Below are positions 37,992-47,021 of a stretch of DNA of 64,000 bases, piece by piece. Below the pieces are notes generated by a model, which worked only from the letters and a program-made list of their open reading frames with translations, was not told the origin of the DNA and ran no database searches. The DNA is from an uncultured Desulfosarcina sp. (GTDB lineage: Bacteria; Desulfobacterota; Desulfobacteria; Desulfobacterales; Desulfosarcinaceae), in the NCBI GenBank assembly GCA_963674945.2, contig CAXXWQ010000004.1:704001-768000 (forward strand), given 5' to 3'. The translations under genes were made by a program, and so were the position numbers. The first letter of the stretch is position 1. The number at the start of each line of letters is the position of its first letter.

Positions 37992-40547
37992 ATGACAGCC
38001 ACGGCAAAACAAGCAAAAACCCAGGAACCCCCGGTCATAAAGGGAAAAATCAACATCGAGGCGATCAACAAGACCAACCCGTTACCCGATAGAATCAAGG
38101 CGATGCGGGATCGGTACCTGAAGGAAATATCCAAGGTATCCAGCGACAGACCGTGGTACATGATGCAGTCCTGGAAGAAGACGGAAGGTGAACACCCCGC
38201 AGTCCGGAGGGCAAAGGCGCTGGCCAATTTCTGGGATAAAAAGGCCATAGCGGTTCACGATCTTGATCTCATCATGGGCAATTATACCGACGCCGTCCGT
38301 GGCGCCCATCCACCGATGGAGTATTACCCGGAAATGATGAGGCGTCTGTTGGAGACGAACGAGGCGAACTGGACCAACTCCCAGCAGTGCCGGGCGGATC
38401 TGTCCAAGGAAGACTTCGACAAACTGTTGGAGTGCGCCAAATTCTGGGAGGTCAACTGGCCCACGCCGGAAATGCGGGAACGCTGGGATAAGGTGATTGC
38501 CGAAAATGATCCCAACGACTATCACCGCGACTTGATGTACACCGGGATAAACTGGGCGCCCGAGTATATGCCCAGGGAAAAACGAACCAAGAAAACGCCG
38601 TGGGTGTCCCGCCCCCAAGCCACCGGCGCGGATTTCGAGAAGGCACTGAAGGTGGGTTACAGGAGCTTGATCAATAATGCCCAAAACCATATCGACAGAA
38701 TCCAGGAGATCGCCAGAGGTCGGAATCTCACCGAAGAAGAGAAAGAGAAGCTGGCGGTCTTAGAGTCGATCGTCATTGCCCTCGAGGGGATGATACGCTA
38801 CGCCAGGCGGTATGCCGCCATGGCCGAAGAGAAAGCGGCAAAAGAGAAGGATCCCCAGAGAAAGGCGGAGCTGTTGAAGGCGGCGGAGGCCTGCAGGTAC
38901 GTACCGGAAAATCCGGCCAGGACCTTCTTTGAAGCCATTCACACGTTCTGGTTCACGGCGCTGGGCGTTTATATGGACAAAGCCCAACCCAATGTGTTCG
39001 CAGGCCGATTCGACCAGTACATGTATCCGTACTATGAAGCCGATATCAATGAAGGGCGCATGACCCGGCAGGAGGCCGTGGAGCTTTTCGGCTGCCTGAT
39101 CATGAAACTGTGTGCGCTGGAACCCTACATGACACCGGAACACCGGGCGGTATCACAGGGCACCAACTACGAGAACATCACCATCGGCGGATGCGATAAA
39201 TATGGTAAGGATGCATCCAATGAGCTGGCGTGCATCGTTCTGCATGTGGCCGCAGAAACCAAGACCCACCAGCCCTATATCTCCCTGCGCTACGATCGAA
39301 AAATAGCCCCCGAGCTGTTGGACAAGGCACTCGAATGCAACCGTAAGCACGGGGCCGGAATTCCCGCCTTTTTCAGCGATCGTGTGAACATCGAGTATAT
39401 GTTGAGCCGGGGCCATACGTTGGAGCACGCCCGGGAGCATGCCATTGCCGGATGTGTGAACTGCGTGTACCCGAAGAGCTTCGCCTGGATGCGAATGCCC
39501 ATTACCACCAACAACGAGGCAAAGATGCTGGAGGTATTTTTGCACAGGGGCGTCGATACCCGTACCGGTCTCACGGTCGGAAACGACTACGGGGACATGA
39601 AGGATTTCAAGACATTCGACGAACTCAAGGAAGCCTATAAAAAAGAGGTGGCCTATTTTATCAATGTTCAGACCGATATGACGGAAGTCTGGGACAGAGA
39701 GACCAACTATACGCACGATGCCTGGTTCTGGCCGTTTATATCGGCGAATATGGAGGGCTGTATCGAAAGTGGCAAGGATATCGGCAGGCTGGGCGGCGTG
39801 ACGGCCATAGACGATGCCAACTACGGCCTCGATCGCTTCGTTCAGGATGCGGGCGATTCGCTCATGGCCATCAAGAAGCTTGTCTATGAGCAGAAAAAGT
39901 ACACCATGGACGACTTTCTTACGGCGATGGATGCCAACTGGGAAGGATACGATCAAATGCGCGCCGACGCACTGGCGCAGCCGAAATATGGAAATGATAT
40001 TGACGAGATCGACGATTTGGTCGCTGAGCTGTGGGGCCATATCACCGATGTTTACATGGCCAGAGAGGATATTTTCGGCAGGAAATATATCATCTACCGT
40101 CAGGGTTCATCCGTGGCCGCCTCCGCCGGCAAATGGACCGGAGCGCTCCCCAATGGCCGCAAGGCAGGCGAATGGCTCTCGGACGCGTCGCTGTCCCCGG
40201 TGCAGCAGGCAGACCAGAAGGGGCCCACGGCCGTCATCAACTCGGTGACCAAGCTCGATTTCAGGCACATGGACGGCACGCTTTTGAACATGAAGCTCTG
40301 CCCGAGCCTGGTGGACAAGCCCGGCGGAATGATGAAGTTCCGGCAATTGGTGGAAACTTACTTCGACAAGGGCGGTCAGGAGGTTCAGTTCAATATCCTG
40401 GACAAGGAAAAGCTGCTGGATGCTCAGAAAAGACCGGAGAATTACCGTGATCTGGTGGTTCGGGTTGCCGGCTACAGCGCATTCTGGGTGGACCTGGAAA
40501 CCCAGGTGCAAGATGAGATCATCCGGCGAACCGAGCACGCCATGTAA
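37992..40547 (+). CDS. Glycyl radical enzyme GRE2 (851 aa), close paralogue of GRE1
   Basis: Same MTATAKQ start, AIAGCVNCVYP and RVAGYSAFW. SD AGGGAG. Confidence 0.95.
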   Translation: MTATAKQAKTQEPPVIKGKINIEAINKTNPLPDRIKAMRDRYLKEISKVSSDRPWYMMQSWKKTEGEHPAVRRAKALANFWDKKAIAVHDLDLIMGNYTDAVRGAHPPMEYYPEMMRRLLETNEANWTNSQQCRADLSKEDFDKLLECAKFWEVNWPTPEMRERWDKVIAENDPNDYHRDLMYTGINWAPEYMPREKRTKKTPWVSRPQATGADFEKALKVGYRSLINNAQNHIDRIQEIARGRNLTEEEKEKLAVLESIVIALEGMIRYARRYAAMAEEKAAKEKDPQRKAELLKAAEACRYVPENPARTFFEAIHTFWFTALGVYMDKAQPNVFAGRFDQYMYPYYEADINEGRMTRQEAVELFGCLIMKLCALEPYMTPEHRAVSQGTNYENITIGGCDKYGKDASNELACIVLHVAAETKTHQPYISLRYDRKIAPELLDKALECNRKHGAGIPAFFSDRVNIEYMLSRGHTLEHAREHAIAGCVNCVYPKSFAWMRMPITTNNEAKMLEVFLHRGVDTRTGLTVGNDYGDMKDFKTFDELKEAYKKEVAYFINVQTDMTEVWDRETNYTHDAWFWPFISANMEGCIESGKDIGRLGGVTAIDDANYGLDRFVQDAGDSLMAIKKLVYEQKKYTMDDFLTAMDANWEGYDQMRADALAQPKYGNDIDEIDDLVAELWGHITDVYMAREDIFGRKYIIYRQGSSVAASAGKWTGALPNGRKAGEWLSDASLSPVQQADQKGPTAVINSVTKLDFRHMDGTLLNMKLCPSLVDKPGGMMKFRQLVETYFDKGGQEVQFNILDKEKLLDAQKRPENYRDLVVRVAGYSAFWVDLETQVQDEIIRRTEHAM

Positions 40548-40604
40548 TGCGAGAGGTCGGTTTTTACCGGTGACCTTCACAAGAACCAATCCACGTTAGT
40601 ATCC

Positions 40605-40636
40605 GCGGGCCGTGCTCTATTCGGAGTGCGGCCCGC
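40605..40636 (+). other. GC-rich intercistronic stem-loop after GRE2
   Basis: GCGGGCCGTGCTCT...GGAGTGCGGCCCGC. Confidence 0.6.
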
Positions 40637-40666
40637 ATTATATGTATCATTAGAGGATAAGACAAA

Positions 40667-41599
40667 ATGAACAATACAGGCGAAGGTAATGGACTCACGG
40701 GACGAATTTTCAACATCCAGCGCTACAGCACCGAGGACGGACCCGGCATCCGCTCGACCGTCTTTTTGAAGGGATGCCCGCTGACCTGTCTCTGGTGCGC
40801 CAACCCGGAATCGCAAAAGAGTTATCCCCAAGTCGGACACCGCGACGCGCTTTGCAAACAGTGCGGCAATTGTATGGCGGCCTGCACAGAAAAGGCGATT
40901 TCCTTTAACCCCGATGGAAAGGGAATCGTCATCGATCGAAATCTTTGCAATAACTGCGGCGAATGCACCAGAGTCTGCACCGAAGGCGCGTTGACCATGC
41001 ATGGCAAGGATTATACACTGGAAGAGGTCTTCGAGGAGGTGAAACGGGATGAAATGTTCTACCGCAATACCGGCGGGGGGGTCACCTGTTCCGGCGGAGA
41101 GCCTCTGGCGCAACCCGCTTTCGTGGCGGCGCTTTTCGAAAGATGCCGGCAGGTTGGAATCCCCACGGCACTGGATACGACCGGTCACGCATCCCGTTCG
41201 GCACTGGAGCAGGTCCTGGCCTATACGGATTTGTTTTTATTCGATTTGAAGTGCATGGACAGCGCCGACAGCCTTGCGTCCGTAGGGCAGTCCAACGAGC
41301 TCATGCTTGAAAATGCCGAACATGTGATGCAAAGCGGTGTTCCCATCATCATTCGGGTCCCGCTGATCCCCGGAATCACGGAAAAAACGGAAAATCTTCA
41401 GAAAATCGCCGCGTTCGTCAAGCGGGTGAATCCGGAAACGCCCATCAACGTGCTGCCCTATCATCGTCTTGGCGTAAGCAAGTTCCGCATGATGGACATG
41501 ACGTATAAACTGGACGACCTGGGGCCGATTCCACAAGAACGTCTGGATCAGATTGCCGAGATATTTAAATCTTTCAATCTACAATGTGAAGTCGTGTAA
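40667..41599 (+). CDS. Glycyl-radical activating enzyme AE2
   Basis: Identical to AE1 except for about 10 residues at each terminus. Confidence 0.95.
   Translation: MNNTGEGNGLTGRIFNIQRYSTEDGPGIRSTVFLKGCPLTCLWCANPESQKSYPQVGHRDALCKQCGNCMAACTEKAISFNPDGKGIVIDRNLCNNCGECTRVCTEGALTMHGKDYTLEEVFEEVKRDEMFYRNTGGGVTCSGGEPLAQPAFVAALFERCRQVGIPTALDTTGHASRSALEQVLAYTDLFLFDLKCMDSADSLASVGQSNELMLENAEHVMQSGVPIIIRVPLIPGITEKTENLQKIAAFVKRVNPETPINVLPYHRLGVSKFRMMDMTYKLDDLGPIPQERLDQIAEIFKSFNLQCEVV
40699..41565 (+). repeat. 867-bp direct repeat of 27134-28000 (activase core)
   Basis: Constant offset of 13565. Translations in other frames are also identical, and I saw no mismatch by eye. Confidence 0.85.
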
Positions 41600-41620
41600 C
41601 CGGCAGTTGGCAGCTTACAA

Positions 41621-42490
41621 TCAGTACTTTTGCGCCAGTGTGTTCATGAATTTGTCGAGTTCTGCCTCATCCATGCCCCAGCCGTGCTCCTTCTGCGGAT
41701 ATCCGCCGGAACGCACGTCATCGGCGAAAGATTTGTATGCGCCGACGCAGAAGTCGAACAGCTTTCCATACACCTTTGCGTGTTTTCCCATTTTGTCCGG
41801 CGGCATCAAGCCAAAAAGGTCGTAATGTACCAATTCACAGCCATCTGCAGCACCACCGGCCGCAACCGAAATAACGGGAATGTGCAGTTTTTCTGCGATG
41901 GCGTCCGTCACTTCCCGCGGCGTCATTTCGATCGTCATGCCCACCATTCCATTTTCCTGATATTCATATGCCTGCCGGAAAATCGCCATCGCATCTTCCG
42001 CGGTTTTGCCCACACGCCTGTATCCACCATATTGGCCTGTCTGCCATCCGGATAGAATGCCTGCATGACCCCAAACAGGAACATGATTGTCTGATAGGAA
42101 TTTCAGCATGTCATTTTGGATCCCCATTATGAGCACGGAATCGGCCCCGTCTTCAAACAGGGTGACTGCATTTTTATAAGCGGTGTGCTTATCTGGATGC
42201 TGATGGGACATCAAAACGGCGTTAAGGTTAATGTTGGGCGCCAGCTTTCGGATCTCCCTGGTCCACCAGAATATGTTTGCGCCACGCATTCGGGTGTTTT
42301 CCCCTGGTGCGATGTACCGGATTACATCGACGCCTGCGTATTCGCAAAACATGCTGAACAATGGGTCATTGTGAACCGGGCAGATCTGTACGATCTTCTC
42401 ACCTCTTTCCTTCATCTTCTGAAGATGCCATATCGTTTTCCTTCTTGTGTCAAACAACGATCCTTTGATTTCGGTTTCATTTTGTGTCAT
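41621..42490 (-). CDS. PanB-fold (ketopantoate hydroxymethyltransferase-like) protein A with non-canonical active site
   Basis: VWGHAG, GGYRRVGKTAEDA, TIE, IPVISVAAG..ADG and DVRSGGYP match PanB. LVGDS, DMPF and VKLEG are absent. Confidence 0.8.
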   Translation of the reverse strand: MTQNETEIKGSLFDTRRKTIWHLQKMKERGEKIVQICPVHNDPLFSMFCEYAGVDVIRYIAPGENTRMRGANIFWWTREIRKLAPNINLNAVLMSHQHPDKHTAYKNAVTLFEDGADSVLIMGIQNDMLKFLSDNHVPVWGHAGILSGWQTGQYGGYRRVGKTAEDAMAIFRQAYEYQENGMVGMTIEMTPREVTDAIAEKLHIPVISVAAGGAADGCELVHYDLFGLMPPDKMGKHAKVYGKLFDFCVGAYKSFADDVRSGGYPQKEHGWGMDEAELDKFMNTLAQKY

Positions 42491-42764
42491 TGCGAATCAC
42501 TCCTTTCATATTTAATGACTGCGGTTCATCACCAGGTCATAGCAGATAACCAGAGCATAGACGATATTGCTCTGTTTTTTTGGCCATGTAAAACTTTTAT
42601 CTTGTATCAGGAAGAAATCTCATGAACCAGCGATGAGTGTAGTAATCAAAGATACTTGATTTCTCTAAAGATGGAGACAGTTTGTTTTACAATTTTTTTT
42701 GCAAAGAGAGGGAAGTGAATTATTTGTGGGACCAGCAGCAGCACACGGACGGCAGTATGGCCCA

Positions 42765-43277
42765 TTATTTGATTACAGCGTTGGTATAGATAAAATCAAT
42801 TGCCTTCCTTACCAGCAAATCATTTTTCAGCGCCTCCAGATCCTCACCGAGAAAATTCTTTACCATCTCAACAGGAATGTGCTGCCGAACAGATATGGCC
42901 TTCGCCTCTTCCTCCAGATCTTCTTTGGTTATTTTAAAGTTCTCTGCTTCTATAATTCCCTTGAGTACCATTCTTGTCTTCACCAGCTTGAATGCCTCTT
43001 CTCTGAACTCTTCCATACGATCGGTCATGTCATCCGGCAGGCAGTCGAAATACCCGCTGGACGCCATGCTCTCATATTTCATCTTATGTTTCAGATCCAT
43101 TACTATCATTGTGACTTCATTGTCGATCAGATCCTGGGGAACCTCGATATTGTTGGCTTCCAGGACCTGATCGATGATCGCTTCCTTCATCTGCATCTCT
43201 GCGTTCTCAGCGGACGAAGCGTTTTTAACGCGCGCCACTTCAACGCCCTTGTAGTTTTTCACTGCTGTATTCGACAT
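42765..43277 (-). CDS. Stand-alone trigger-factor C-terminal-domain protein
   Basis: IEVPQDLIDNE, REEAFKLVKTRMVL..IIEAENF.IT.EDL and LLVRKAIDFI. No ribosome-binding or FKBP domain. SD AGGGAG before MSNT. Confidence 0.8.
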   Translation of the reverse strand: MSNTAVKNYKGVEVARVKNASSAENAEMQMKEAIIDQVLEANNIEVPQDLIDNEVTMIVMDLKHKMKYESMASSGYFDCLPDDMTDRMEEFREEAFKLVKTRMVLKGIIEAENFKITKEDLEEEAKAISVRQHIPVEMVKNFLGEDLEALKNDLLVRKAIDFIYTNAVIK

Positions 43278-43433
43278 CCGTTCTTTTCTCCCTACAGTTA
43301 ACGTCCTTTCTGTCTGAATCACACCAGTGAAACATCGCAGCCATAATTCAAAAGGTGGATGTGATATGCGATGAAAAAGATAGTTATAATATCCTGTTAC
43401 AGGTAACTTTTTTGATTATCCGGGAAACATTAA

Positions 43434-44321
43434 TCAGAATTTCTCGATCGTATTGAGAAACTTGTCAAGCTCCTTCTCTTCCATATGAAAGCCATGCTTA
43501 TCCTCGGGATATCCGCCGGTACGGACATCGTTGGCCCATGCACCATATGCGCCAGCGGCCCACTTAAAAAAATCACCATAGACCTTCGCGTGAGAGGCCA
43601 GATGGGGCATCATGTTGAAGGTGTCGAAGTCAACCATCTCGCAGCCATCGGCTGCACCGCCTGCGGCGATAGAAATCACGGGTACGCGCAGCTTCTTTGC
43701 GATAGCGTTGGTGACTTCGATGGGAGTCAGCTCGATGGTCATAGCCATCATGCCGTTCTCCTGATACTCATACGCCATACGGAAGACCTTCATGGCCTCC
43801 TCAGCTGTCTGGCCCAAACGCTTGTAGCCGCCATGTCTGCTTGTCTGCCAGCCGGACAGCGCGCCCACGTGACCGAAGACCACCAGATGGTTATCCGCCA
43901 TATACTTCAGGGTTTCGTTATTGACACCCATTGGGAGCAGGGAGTCGGCACCTTCGGCCATGTACATGGAGCCATACTCCAAAGCTTTTTCCTTGGAGGA
44001 GAAGGTCGGTGTCTGCATATAGAAGTTGATGTGGATAATCTTCGCTGCGTTGCGGACGGTACGGATCCACCAGGGTGCGTTTGCGATGGACATTGCGGTG
44101 TTCTCGGCGGGAACAGTCAGACGGCAGATATCGCAACCGGCCATTTCAGCGGCCATGGTAAAAAACTGGTCTCTGTTGGCGGGGCACATCTGAACGATGG
44201 GAGTACCCTCGTCCTTGAGTTTCTGCAAATAAGCAATGGACTTTCGACCTTTCTGCATCTTGGACGCCTTAACATTTTTGTCCTCCGATTTGACCTCAAC
44301 TTCTTTCTTTTCTTCTGTCAT
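43434..44321 (-). CDS. PanB-fold protein B with non-canonical active site
   Basis: Paralogue of 41621-42490 (VFGHVG, TIE, VPVISIAAGGAADG, DVRTGGYP). SD AAGGAG. Confidence 0.8.
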   Translation of the reverse strand: MTEEKKEVEVKSEDKNVKASKMQKGRKSIAYLQKLKDEGTPIVQMCPANRDQFFTMAAEMAGCDICRLTVPAENTAMSIANAPWWIRTVRNAAKIIHINFYMQTPTFSSKEKALEYGSMYMAEGADSLLPMGVNNETLKYMADNHLVVFGHVGALSGWQTSRHGGYKRLGQTAEEAMKVFRMAYEYQENGMMAMTIELTPIEVTNAIAKKLRVPVISIAAGGAADGCEMVDFDTFNMMPHLASHAKVYGDFFKWAAGAYGAWANDVRTGGYPEDKHGFHMEEKELDKFLNTIEKF

Positions 44322-44400
44322 TATTATTTCTCCTTCCATATTTTATGGTTTGATTTCATTTTCATTACAACTGGAAAAGCATTTTAATAATCGATAAAAT

Positions 44401-45213
44401 CTACCCCACCAAGGATTGGCGCAGGCCGGTTTCGACATCGCTCCAATACCCGAAGTCCACAGTAAGGTTCTGACCGCTTACGAACCGTGCCAGATTACTA
44501 TTAAGAAAAACCAGGGGCTCGGCAACTTCTTCGGGTGTGGCAAACCGGTCACACGGCGCCCGGAAATAATCCCAAAGAAATTCTTTGCTGTTTGACTCCT
44601 CGAAATGCTTATACATGGGTGTCATCGTGGTTATGGGGCTGAGGCAGTTAATACGGATTTCCCTCTTCGCCAACTGACTGGCGTGCTGGTAGGTATAATA
44701 AATGAGACATTGTTTCGAGAATAAGTAGCCCAGATTTCGATCTTCATTGGCCAGAAGCCATCCTTTGGCCTCGTCAAAATTGCGCGTCGAGACCATCTCC
44801 TTGACCGCTTCCAGGTTGCTTCGCCACCCCATCCCTGCGAGGGAAGCGACATTGGCAACGGCACTTCCCTTACCCATTTTCGGTAACAGGTTTTCAGTAA
44901 GGTGCCGATGACCTGCGAAATTGACCAGAGTGGTGTCGAAATTGGAAAAAGGTGGACCGGGAAGTCCGGCACAGTTGAACAACGAATGAACATCATCCGG
45001 AATTTGTGCAATTGCTGCATCAATGGACGCCTTGTCTTTAAGGTCAACCTGAATGAACTTCGACCCTGGAACTGAAATTCCTCTTGTTCCCAAAGAGTAG
45101 ACTTCAGCACCCAAATCGACGATAATTTGTGCTGCAGCTTTTCCAATACCGGAGGAAGCCCCTGTGAAAATTACACGTCTGCCTTTATATTCCAGCAAAT
45201 CCTTATTTTTCAT
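44401..45213 (-). CDS. SDR, 3alpha-hydroxysteroid / coniferyl-alcohol dehydrogenase-like
   Basis: TGASSGIG, NCAGLP, VNF.G, ASLAG and YLFSK motifs. Confidence 0.85.
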   Translation of the reverse strand: MKNKDLLEYKGRRVIFTGASSGIGKAAAQIIVDLGAEVYSLGTRGISVPGSKFIQVDLKDKASIDAAIAQIPDDVHSLFNCAGLPGPPFSNFDTTLVNFAGHRHLTENLLPKMGKGSAVANVASLAGMGWRSNLEAVKEMVSTRNFDEAKGWLLANEDRNLGYLFSKQCLIYYTYQHASQLAKREIRINCLSPITTMTPMYKHFEESNSKEFLWDYFRAPCDRFATPEEVAEPLVFLNSNLARFVSGQNLTVDFGYWSDVETGLRQSLVG

Positions 45214-45219
45214 AATACC

Positions 45220-45771
45220 TTATTCCCCTGTTTCGGCATTGATTATGCCAAGTTTTGCAGAATAGGTGTTGGGAAACGACTGCGTATGTAATGCTATCTG
45301 GGCAAGCGCCTCCTTATGCAGTTTGTTAAGACAATGTTGGAGAACGTCTCGCTCTTCATGCGTCAAGCAGGTCATAATTTCGCCACTGGCCTCATCAAGC
45401 GCAATGATTTGATCGAGTAATGCTTCTCCCTTATTTGTGAGAGAAACTGTGATTACATTCCTGTTGCTGTCACTTTTATTTCTCTTCACCAGGCCGTCAT
45501 TCTCCATTCTTTTGAGAAGCTGGGCTGTCGCCTGACGATCACGATCGAGTATCTGTGACATTTCGGTAATGGTTGCCGGCCGATCCATCGCCTTAATTCC
45601 CCATAATGCCCACGCCCTTGAAAAATGGATTCCCGCCGGTTCCGATATCACCTTCTTTTTAACATTCAACAGGGCAACATAGGTCACACCGAATAGTCTC
45701 CACAGCTGTCGTGCTTCAAGGAGTGAAGCAATATCTTTTTCATTTTTCATACGGATATGCACCCCATCCAT
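45220..45771 (-). CDS. MarR-family transcriptional regulator
   Basis: TITEMSQILDRDRQATAQLLKRMENDGLV...VSLTNKGE winged helix. Start may be 45750. Confidence 0.85.
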   Translation of the reverse strand: MDGVHIRMKNEKDIASLLEARQLWRLFGVTYVALLNVKKKVISEPAGIHFSRAWALWGIKAMDRPATITEMSQILDRDRQATAQLLKRMENDGLVKRNKSDSNRNVITVSLTNKGEALLDQIIALDEASGEIMTCLTHEERDVLQHCLNKLHKEALAQIALHTQSFPNTYSAKLGIINAETGE

Positions 45772-45845
45772 AGTTCAATGCTGGGACAAAAAGTCGCTTA
45801 CACCATGCTTTTTGATATGTATATTGACCATTTTGCTACATACAC

Positions 45846-45859
45846 TGGTGCATGCACCA
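45846..45859. promoter_or_regulatory. Perfect 14-bp palindrome, candidate MarR operator
   Basis: TGGTGCATGCACCA, immediately after a minus-strand TTGACA in the marR/SDR divergent region. Confidence 0.6.
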
Positions 45860-45896
45860 TGTCAAGCCATTTTTGTATTACTTTATCATGTTTATA

Positions 45897-45925
45897 TTGA
45901 CTTTCATATCTAATAATTATATGAT
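45897..45925 (+). promoter_or_regulatory. Sigma70-type promoter of the SDR at 46066
   Basis: TTGACT-N17-TATGAT. Confidence 0.65.
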
Positions 45926-46065
45926 TTGCACTTAAAGTAAAGTTTCAATTCATTTATACTTTTCCTTTATCACATTGAACGAAACAAAATTGGCCGATGG
46001 ATAGAGGGAAGCGCACTGCGCAAAAAACAAATCCTTATTACCAGGAAAGAAAGCGGGAGGAAATT

Positions 46066-46806
46066 ATGAAATTCAAAGGCAAAAACGCAGTAATTGTAGG
46101 CGCTGCACAGAATTCAATCGGACGAGCCGTCGCATTGGAACTGGCAAAAGCAGGCGTCGACATTTGCATCTGGGACATCAATACCGAGGGGGCCGAAAAA
46201 ACCGCCAAGGAGATACAAGATGCCGGTGGCAAGGCTGCAGTGAAAAAAGCCAATGCAATGGATTATGGCAATATAAAGAGCGTTACCGAGGAAACCATCA
46301 AAGATATGGGTTCCATCGACTATTTGGTCGATACCGTCGGCGGCGGCGTATTCAAGGGGTTGCCGGATTACGATTTTGATTTCTTCAAGCAGCAAGTGGA
46401 ATTCAACGGTTACACCATGTTCAATTGCGCCCACAACATCATGGGACATTTTTCGGAACGCAATACAGGCAAGATGCTCTTTTTCATTTCGACGACGGGC
46501 GGCCAGGCAGGGCTTGCAGGATATGGGGCCGGCAAAGCCGTTATGAAGAGCATCATGGAAACCATGGTCGCCGAACTGAATGGGAAATTGATCAACATCA
46601 ATTGCCTTCTGCCAGGAGTCTGCCCCACCGAACTCACACTGGGCGCTTTCAGAGCCATGGGAATGGATGAGCAGGCGGTGCATGACACGATGGGGCCGAG
46701 AAATCCACGCGGCTTGAATTCTCCGGAAGAAGTCGCAAAAGTTGCAGCGTTCCTCCTTGCAGATGAATCCGATCGGATCACCGGCCATGTTGTCACAATG
46801 GACTAA
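46066..46806 (+). CDS. SDR-family oxidoreductase (divergent)
   Basis: SD GGGAGG. GAAQNSIG, YGAGK, NCLLPG and PEEVAKVAAFL motifs. Confidence 0.88.
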   Translation: MKFKGKNAVIVGAAQNSIGRAVALELAKAGVDICIWDINTEGAEKTAKEIQDAGGKAAVKKANAMDYGNIKSVTEETIKDMGSIDYLVDTVGGGVFKGLPDYDFDFFKQQVEFNGYTMFNCAHNIMGHFSERNTGKMLFFISTTGGQAGLAGYGAGKAVMKSIMETMVAELNGKLININCLLPGVCPTELTLGAFRAMGMDEQAVHDTMGPRNPRGLNSPEEVAKVAAFLLADESDRITGHVVTMD

Positions 46807-46870
46807 TGAAGTTTAGATACTATTTTCCTGTGTAGCAGTCTCTCTCTGGAAATTGCAGCGAAAGAGAGCT

Positions 46871-46920
46871 CGCCCCTCCGGTTGAAAGTTCTATCCCCCC
46901 ATCAACCGAGGGGCGTTTTT
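46871..46920 (+). terminator. Intrinsic terminator
   Basis: CGCCCCTC-CGGTTGA...TCAACCG-AGGGGCG followed by T5. Confidence 0.65.
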
Positions 46921-47021
46921 ATGAATGAGACATCCTTTCCGTACGCCTGGCAGATAAAACAGCGCACGGAGGAAACGGCATTGTTTTTGGATTACCATGT
47001 TATGGCAAGAACCGAGAAACA

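Noticed and set aside
42551..42581. Plus-strand terminator-like hairpin (CAGAGCA...TGCTCTG-T7) between minus-strand genes
   Set aside because: No plus-strand gene ends there. It could stop antisense read-through, but nothing else supports a function.
41621..44321. Assigning the symbol panB
   Set aside because: The metal and substrate ligand motifs are missing and there is no panC/panD context.
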